Shown here piece after piece: positions 56,030 to 64,000 of a DNA stretch of 64,000 nucleotides. The notes under the pieces are model-generated. The model was not told the origin of the DNA. It saw only the letters and a program-made list of their open reading frames with translations, and did not search any database. Position 1 is the first letter of the stretch. Every line of letters starts with the position of its first letter. The stretch lies in assembly GCF_009914755.1 (NCBI RefSeq), contig NC_060927.1, one strand, 5' to 3'. The DNA is from the human T2T-CHM13v2.0 reference genome, Homo sapiens. The position numbers and the translations under genes were made by a program.

Positions 56030-57240
56030 TATTTTTAAATCTTATCATAAGTCTAATTGTGGGAAAATATAATTCAATCAATTTAAATGCCTCCTTTAGA
56101 AGTCTGACATTCAGATATAGATTTGTAACCATCTAGATATAAACATTTCCCTCATCCTGAAAATCTCCCTTATGCTCTTTTGCAGACAATCTCTACCTCC
56201 AATTCTGAACCCCTGAAAAGCACTGGTCTGTTTTGACAACTATAAATTTGTGTGTACTTAAATTTCAAATAAACAGAAGAAAACAAGATACATTCTTCTG
56301 AATTTGACTCCTTTAATGAAGCATAATGCTTATAGTTTGTCCAAATTTTGCATCTATCAATCATTTATTTATTATTACTGAGTAGTATTCCACAGTAAAG
56401 ACATATCACTATTTGTTTTATCTGTTGACCAGATAATGGGCATTAACATTGTTCCAGTTTTTTGCTTTTTATAAACAGAGATTCTGTGGACAGTTTTGTA
56501 CTTTCTGTGCAAAACAAAAGAAGGTAATTTATTTCTTTTGGTCAAATATTTAGGGATTTTTATTCATTAAATACTTGGAGATTTCTGAGTCATATGGCTA
56601 GTACGTTTGAATTTATAAGAAACTTTTGTCCTGTATTCTAAATGGCTTTAGCACTTTTTCACTCCCATTAGCAACATACATTCAAACATTAACTGCTCAA
56701 ACATGTGTTCGAAATCCTTTTTGGTTTAATTGACCTATATGGCTATTCTACCATCAACAAAATAGTGTTTTGACTATCATAATTTTATAGTTTGTAAAAA
56801 ATAGTCTTTCTAGCCTTGATATTTATGTTTTCATATTCTAAATCATTTTTTTCCAGTAAATTTATTTAGAATACATTTATTTTCCAAATAAACAAAGAGT
56901 AACTTGTATATTTTTGCAAAAGTCTCACTATAATATTTATTTGCAATTACTTTGAATTTAGAAATAAATTTGGGAAGCAATGAAATCTTAATATTGAGTT
57001 TTCCAGTATACACACATGTTATATATATATCCATTAATTTAGATATTTCTTAATTTTCATCGACAATGTTTTATAACTTACAGTGTTGAGGTCTTACACA
57101 TCTTCTCTAAAATTTATTTCTAAGTATGAACTTTTATGCTGTAGTAATGTGGTGTTTAAAATAACAACTTCCAAATGCCAATGACTAAGATGCAAAAATT
57201 CAAAAGTTTTTGCATATTTTTATTTTAAAATCTCATTGAA
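56030..57240 (-). mobile_element. Old L1 (L1ME/MD-type) 3' portion
   Basis: TTACTGAGTAGTATTCCA, TTCTGAGTCATATGG and ATATTGAGTTTTCCA. The - strand ORF at 56843-57034 contains L1-like LPKFISKF. Confidence 0.75.
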
Positions 57241-57689
57241 AATATAATGTTTTAATAACGAATTTCATTGCGAAATCTGATCTGACCTCAATTTATTAAG
57301 TGGAAAAAAAATATCACAATAAATGGTGTTAGAACACTTAGGGTTATCATTTAGCCCATGTAATGTGAATATTCATAATTTTTGCTACAGACATTTTAAT
57401 TAGTTTTATTACATAATGTTGCCCAAGGATTTAGTGTAGTAGTATAACTGCAGTATTGACTCACTAAATTCTATAAAATTCTGCATTTTGAAACACTTGA
57501 GACCACAAGAGAATTGAATGGATAAGGTTTTGTGGAAGAACACCTGAAAGGGAAAGTCAATTTTACTGACATTCAAATTTTCCTCAGGTATAATACATTC
57601 ACAGAAGCAAATTCCCAGGTAAATGAAAGCTTGATATTCATCAGCCAGTTAGAAATTAGTGGATAAAGACTCCATGTTCACAAATAACC

Positions 57690-57832
57690 CTGAAGAGCAA
57701 GGGCTAAGGGGAAGTCAACTGTGCCACCACCTTGCTTTTGATCTTCCAGCCTCCAGAAGTGTAAGCAAATACACTTTTCTTGTTTAAGCCACCTAGTCTC
57801 TTTTGCTATGACAATCCTAGCAAACTCATACA
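57690..57832 (+). mobile_element. MLT1 LTR 3' fragment
   Basis: CACCTTGCTTTTGATCTTCCAGCCTCCAGAA..TGTTTAAGCCACCTAG..AAACTCATACA. Confidence 0.75.
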
Positions 57833-57951
57833 ATTAGAGTCAAAACTGAATTGCAATACCCCCATTTGGGGAAGAAATGGAACAGATCTAAAAAGAACCA
57901 GTAGGTACTCGTAAACAAGTGACGATAATATATATAGTATTGAGATGAAAT

Positions 57952-58014
57952 TCAAAATCTGCTCAACATTTCTATGTCAAAACCTGCTCAACATTTCTAT
58001 GTCAAAACCTGCTC
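57952..58014. repeat. 25-bp tandem repeat, about 2.5 copies
   Basis: Unit TCAAAACCTGCTCAACATTTCTATG. Confidence 0.92.
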
Positions 58015-58734
58015 CTAGCATATTATTAATTTCCAATTAAGGTTCGTTCTATCTTTCTTAGCATACTATTTATCCTTCAGTGACTAAGCCATTTGATCTG
58101 TAATTAAAAAATAATGATTTATAATTTTAAACAGTGACCAAGGCATCAAATCAAATATAATTTTCTGTTTGTATTTTTTCAACCTATTGTTACTCCTATT
58201 GATTCTTGTTTAATTATGAAATATTAAACAAAGCAACTTAATTTTAAAAACTTACTTTTATGCGACATTTTCACAAAAATGTTTTGAGCCATAATATTTC
58301 TCTGCATACATATTGTCATTGCTTCATTCATAAAAACATATTTATCAATTCCCTTTTTGTTAGGAATTGCTCTGGGCTCTTGGAATCTACTCATGATTTT
58401 TAAAAAATTAGTTAAAATTATTTACCTTCTATCCTTAACTATGTCATCTTCTAGTTTGGGAATACAATAAAACAAATTAACATAAAATTACATAACATAA
58501 AATATGTTAAAAGATGAGAAGTGTAGAATAACGGATATAAGAGATGATCAAAGGTAAAGGGATGAAGGACAAGCATGAAATTTTTTAGTCAGGAGAGACC
58601 ACCCTGTGAAGAGGATGTCTGAGTAGTTAAAAAACAGGTTTAGAGATCATTCTGGAAAAAAAAAAAAAAGAATGTAAACTGGAGTTTATCCAGCATCCCC
58701 CCAAATCTTCAAGCCCATCAAGCAGGAATGAAAT

Positions 58735-59358
58735 GTTACACATACATATGGTGTAAGATATTGATTACAAAATATATCAGCATAATGCTGGACTACTGAA
58801 ATTAAGACAGTGACTCTCCTTAGCCTTCTACACTCATCATTAGTGTGGAAATGAATTGTCAAAGTAAAAAACTAATGATTGAGAACACGCAAAGTCTACA
58901 GCAAGTGAGTCAGCCATCATCTCTGTGCTTTGACAAAGACACAAAGGATGAGGGAAAGCCTCAGAGAGGAATAAAGAGAAGGCTTCAGATGTGCCTTCCT
59001 TGGAGGGTGTTGGCTTGGGGAAGCTGTAGGTAGGCTTATGGGATGAAGAACATTCTATCTGATTGGCGAGTAGTGTTTATTTGGCTTTCTCTGGCTGGTC
59101 TTAAGATGGAAGCTGAGATAAAAATTAGGAAAACTGACAATTATTAACCAAATTCTTGTCATTTTTCCTCGTGTATTATTTACTAGAGGTAGCAGTCTGA
59201 CTTCCTAGAAACCTAACTTATAGCAGGCTGGCTTCCTGGGCCATTTACTGTGTAGATAAAGGGGTTCATTTCCTGAACAGGTGTTGCAGAATGTAGGTTA
59301 GAGTATGATTTTTACGTATGACCTAGCCATTGCCTGGTTGTATTTTTCAGTTTCTCAG
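58735..59358 (-). mobile_element. MER76-like ERVL LTR
   Basis: The end TATGACCTAGCCATTGCCTGGTTGTATTTTTCAGTTTCTCA and internal GGAAGCTGAGATAAAAATTAGG match my recall of MER76. Confidence 0.55.
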
Positions 59359-59599
59359 TATGAACTAAAATCTATGCCTTCCAAACCCTCACATTTAGAT
59401 CTTTGTCAAACTAAGTGCCTTAAATCCTCTGGAACCAATATCATTATGCCTTTTATTCGTTATTATGGTAGCCACACTAAGAATACCCAAGGCCCAAGTC
59501 AACCCTTATCTCTTAGAATAGAAGGCCTGGTACTTTCCCCATTCTTTCTATTTTTCTCACTTCTCTCCAGCTCCACCATATTCTCTGAAATTTATGATC

Positions 59600-60440
59600 C
59601 ATTAGGAGCAAATTTCTATTTACTTATTTTTTTTTCCACGTTCCATTTGTCTTCACCTTCATGCTTTAATGAAAACCTGACTCTCTTTTGAGGACACAAA
59701 TTTCCCTCAAGCCCTTTCATATAGTGGCTTCAAATAGCCACTTTCAGACAATTTTTTTCTCTCTCTCACTCTTGGGAAAACACCCATACAAAATTAGTTT
59801 TGAAGTCTCATTTAATAAGATCATATTACCCAATAACTCCTGTTGTTGCAGTCCTTCATCCAATTCACCTTTGTGTATTTCCCTTCAGTTTTCCATGATG
59901 TTAGCTCCTGGGTCAATGTACTCTCTTTAATATTACTATTGTTTTACCTCTTGGTATCTTGGTAGTAAAATATACATGTGCATAATCCTGCCAACTCCCA
60001 GCCTCTTAGTGTCTTGAATTTCTTCCTCCCAAATGTCTGTACTCCAGCCTTTCTCAGTCCCTTACTTGCAGGTACATAACCAGAAACTGTCAGTACTAAG
60101 CATAGCATAACTTCTAGAATAACAACCTTATACATCCAACTCATTGATCACCAACTCCTATCATTTCAGCTTACTCCTTATTACTAGCTCTGAAAATCTG
60201 TAGACATCATTGTAATTATCAATCCATTGCCTTCCCAACTATTGCAATGCCTTTTATTGCCTATACATCTGCAATCACCCAGTTTAAATTTTATGGACAA
60301 ACATTACTTGCTTATGTTTTTGATTCCCTTCCCCTTCTCTCATGTCATTGTGCTGAGTTGATAATAGAACTCTGGCTGAATCTAACTTTCTGCAACTCTG
60401 TTGATTTCAGTGACTATGGACAGAAAAGCTGTCAGATGAT
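59600..60440 (+). mobile_element. L2 ORF2-region fragments
   Basis: Pyrimidine-rich decayed LINE-2-like sequence. Boundaries are approximate. Confidence 0.4.
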
Positions 60441-60891
60441 TTTCTTTTCCAATTATAATATACATGTTGTGTAATAGATGTTAAATAGCTGTTCATTTCA
60501 TTTAGATTTCATTCTCCAAACATATGCATTTTATTTCCATTTCTTTTTTCTCCAATCTACCTACTATTAATTAGTTATCTGTATGCTGTTCAACCTATCT
60601 CTTGAAAAAAATGAAATTCCAGGAAATCAATTTAACAGTGATAGTTCCTGATTCTGCCACTCGTTGTGACTTTGGGGATGTTATTTAAACTTTGTCGATG
60701 AAATGAGTATAATAGTAGTCGATGTAAGGGTTATATGTTTCTTATCTAAACAAGAATACTTTACCAAATTCTAAGATTTTACTACTAATTCTATAGCTAC
60801 TACCACTTTTCCAATTATTGTTTTGTCATCACCATCATTATTTAACAGAAGGATTTGGAACATTCATCAAAAAACGTAAGGAGATGGTTTT

Positions 60892-61291
60892 TGTTTTAGT
60901 TTGCTGTGATCGACATAACAAAATGTCACAGCTCAGGCACCTTAAAAAACATACATTAAATTTTTAACCATTCTGGAGGCTAAAAGTCAGAGATCAAGTT
61001 CTCAGCAGTTTGGATTCTTCTGAGACCTCTTTCCTTGGTTGTGGATGGTCATATCTGTCTTCACATGGTCTTTCCTCTGCACATGCACATCCTGGTGTCT
61101 TTTTTGTGCATCCAAATTTCCTTTTGTTATAAAGGCACTATTTTATTGGATTAGAGCACATCCTGATGGTCTCATTGAAACTTGGTCACCTGTTTAAAAG
61201 CCATATCTACAAATACAGTGACATTCTGAGGCTCTGGAGGTTAGGGATTCAAACAGGAATTTTATGGAGAGACACAGTTTTGCCTATATCA
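60892..61291 (-). mobile_element. MLT1A-like MaLR LTR
   Basis: TGTTTTAGTTTGCT..CATAACAAAATG, TTCTGGAGGCTAAAAGTCAGAGATCAAG and GGATTAGAGCACATCCT. Confidence 0.85.
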
Positions 61292-62959
61292 GTTTGTATC
61301 ATGCATCTCCACAAAGCACTGTCTTTTTCATGGAACCCTAACACAAGTACACACTTATTAATATTATCTTGTGCCTATTCATAATTCCAAATATTATGTT
61401 GTGTTTGTCCTAAAAGGGACTCACATCCAGGGATCCCTGAGAGGGACCCCTGCCCTCTGCCCAAGTAAATACTGCAAACTTCTTTGACCACTATACCTGT
61501 ATGCATCCTGGAAATACCACCATTTTTCCTTTATGCTTTTAAAAACATTCCCTTTCTTCAGTCTCTGGATCAGAAATTCCTTGGCACTGGGCCTGATTTT
61601 AAAGGTTTCCATGTATCACTTCTTCAACCCTTAGGATAATTATGCCCACACAACACCCTTCTCTAATTATCACCACATCCTGTTTACACATTTATCCAAA
61701 ATGTCCCAGTAGAGTGATAATTCTCATTATTTCCTGCTCTGCAGTAACATTACCAATTGAAGGAGGTATTCTCCTGTTGAATCTCCTTGGAATAATATAT
61801 AAAATTGAAGAATAGTAATCTTTATTCCCCAGAAAAGCAAAAATAATTTTCATTAAAATTATGGGAGCCACATTTTGGAGCTGAGAAAGTATTCAAAGGA
61901 GACAGGCCTCCCAAACACAACAGAAAATAAATGACCTGACATATCACAAATATACTTTTTCAGAACTTTCTTGATAAGATTGGAAGCAATCTGTTAGATA
62001 TTCACATGTTCCCGACCTCCAGATTTTCCTCTCCTTTAAGATGACTTGACCTGATATAGATCCCTATTCGAAGGAAAGATTGACCTTTCTAAGGCTTTAT
62101 CACATAGTTCTTGACCTCATTTGGTCTTCTGTTCTCTTCGTCATGTCTTTTCCATTTCTCATTCCCCAGTGTTCTTTCTTCCCTCCATTAACCCATATAT
62201 TAGTCTTTCTTATGCTTAAAAAAAATTGAAACTACTCTACTCACAATTTCATGTCCTATTTATTTCTTTCCATAATAGCATTCATCAACTGAAACAGTTA
62301 ATGTCAATGTCTCTATTTCCACTTGATTCCCTAATGCCTTAAATCTGGTCCCTATCTCTATGACTACATAGAAAGAGCTTTTGCTACAATTACTAATGAA
62401 TTCCTCATCAATAAATCCAATCCCTGGGTTTTGTTTTCATCCTACTTAATCCTGCTGCAGTATTTGGCACTGTTGAATACACTCTTCTTTAGATCCCTTT
62501 CACTTCAGATAATTTAATCTGTGTGCTTTTTTTTCCCCCTGGACTTCAGTTTTTTGGACTTTTATTATGGCTTATGTTTTTCTACCTCACCTAAATTTTT
62601 TCCATGGACATATTTTGATATTTGGCTATTACTACACTATACATCTTATTCTCCCAGTTAATCCCATTTATTACAAGTATGTAAATTGCTATGAGAAAAG
62701 TCTCAATCAAGTGTAATGTCATGGTCTAGCTACATTTATTCATTTTTATTCTACTAGTATTTATATTTGAGCCTATGAAATAGAATGTTTTATTTAATCA
62801 ATAATATGATACTTAAATTTAAAATATGTATGAACTCCATATTGTATTTCTAGGTATGTACTACATATCTCCATTTTTATGTTCCAAAAGTAGCTGAAAG
62901 TTAATAATACAATTATTGTTTTCTGCAAATCTCTCCTTATAATGCATATTATATGTCAT

Positions 62960-64000
62960 TTCACTCCTTCACTTATATATACATTAAAAATATTAACTTC
63001 TACTCTGCATCAGGCACAAGTTACAGCAGGCCAACATTTCTACTCTAATGGAGTTTACATTGCGGTGGAAAAATAGAAGATAAGTAAATGTCTAGGGTTC
63101 GTATTCATGAATGTTAAGAAGGAAAATATAAAGCACAGAAGTAGATACCATGTGTGCAAGATAATTTTGATTATATAAAACTCTTAAGTAAAGACCTAAA
63201 GGAAGTAAGGGAGCTTGTTTTAACTCCCAAACGTAACTGTGGGATTTGCAAGCAAGTGCAAAAGATCTGAGGTGGGAGTTTCCCTGTCTGTATTTGGAGA
63301 AAATCAAAGGAATCAGTAAAACAGAGTCCACAAGGGAAAGTAATAGAAGTTGAGGTCAGAGAGGTAATAGGAAGAATGATTCATATAGTGCTTATAAATC
63401 ACAGAGTAAGTAACTGAGCATGACATTGAGATTTTTGGTCTTGGCACCTGAAAAATTAAGTAGAATTCAACTCAACTAATACTGAGAAGATTGCAGAAAA
63501 AGCAATCTTAGCAGTGATTTTCATATGCTCAGTTTCAGGAATATTACATGTGATGCAATAGTTTAGTTATAACATACTAATCTGAAATACCTGTGGAGAG
63601 CTGCACTAAGTATAGTTTTGTACATTTTTAGTAAATATATGGCATTTTAAAACATTAAAATGGATGATACTCCAAATGGAATGGGTGAATGGATAAAATA
63701 AATGTTGTCTGAATTTTGAGCCCTAGATTCCTTCTAAATTAAGAAGTCACAAAAACTAGGAGAAAGTGGTACAAGACAGTGAGACAGGGTAGCAAAAAAC
63801 GTAAGATAAAAACTAGGCAGGTGTGGTGTCTTAGAAGTCAAGAGATAAAGTATTTCAAGGAAGACAGATAATTGTCTGAGACAATTGCTACAGTTTGGCC
63901 AAATCATTTGAAGACTGAGCAATGATTTCATACTGCTATGATTGCCTACATTTTGGCAGGGTTTTAGATGGTCTTTTACAAGATTATGATAAACACATGT
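62960..64000 (-). mobile_element. L2 3' region, runs off the window end
   Basis: CTAATGGAGTTTACATT, GCAAGTGCAAAAGATCTGAGGTGGGA and GAAGTTGAGGTCAGAGAGGTA are antisense L2 motifs. Confidence 0.75.

Noticed and set aside
59305-59930. 128- and 80-aa adjacent ORFs
   Set aside because: Low-complexity S/L/F-rich translations over an LTR end and decayed L2-like sequence.

Overview
This is AT-rich, CpG-poor primate (human-like) genomic DNA, either intergenic or deep intronic. No host protein-coding exon, tRNA, rRNA, CpG island or CRISPR array can be supported. Every ORF with recognisable similarity is a broken LINE-1 ORF1/ORF2 piece or an Alu/microsatellite translation. The window is a mosaic of repeats: about a dozen Alus; several L1s, including a 4.9-kb decayed L1PA copy and two 5'-inverted copies; MaLR/ERVL/ERV1 solo LTRs; an ERVL gag remnant; DNA-transposon relics; and L2/MIR/CR1 fossils. 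I found no new gene system. The most notable signals are structural. (1) A 198-bp inverted, templated duplication flanked by a perfect 27-bp direct repeat (8106-8663). (2) A 66-nt pre-miRNA-like hairpin in apparently unique DNA (49633-49698). (3) A ~260-bp twin-primed L1 that joins the ORF1 start to the 3' end inside a 17-bp TSD. (4) A three-monomer chimeric Alu. (5) An orphan L1 5'UTR. Repeat family names are from recall of consensus sequences, not from a database search.
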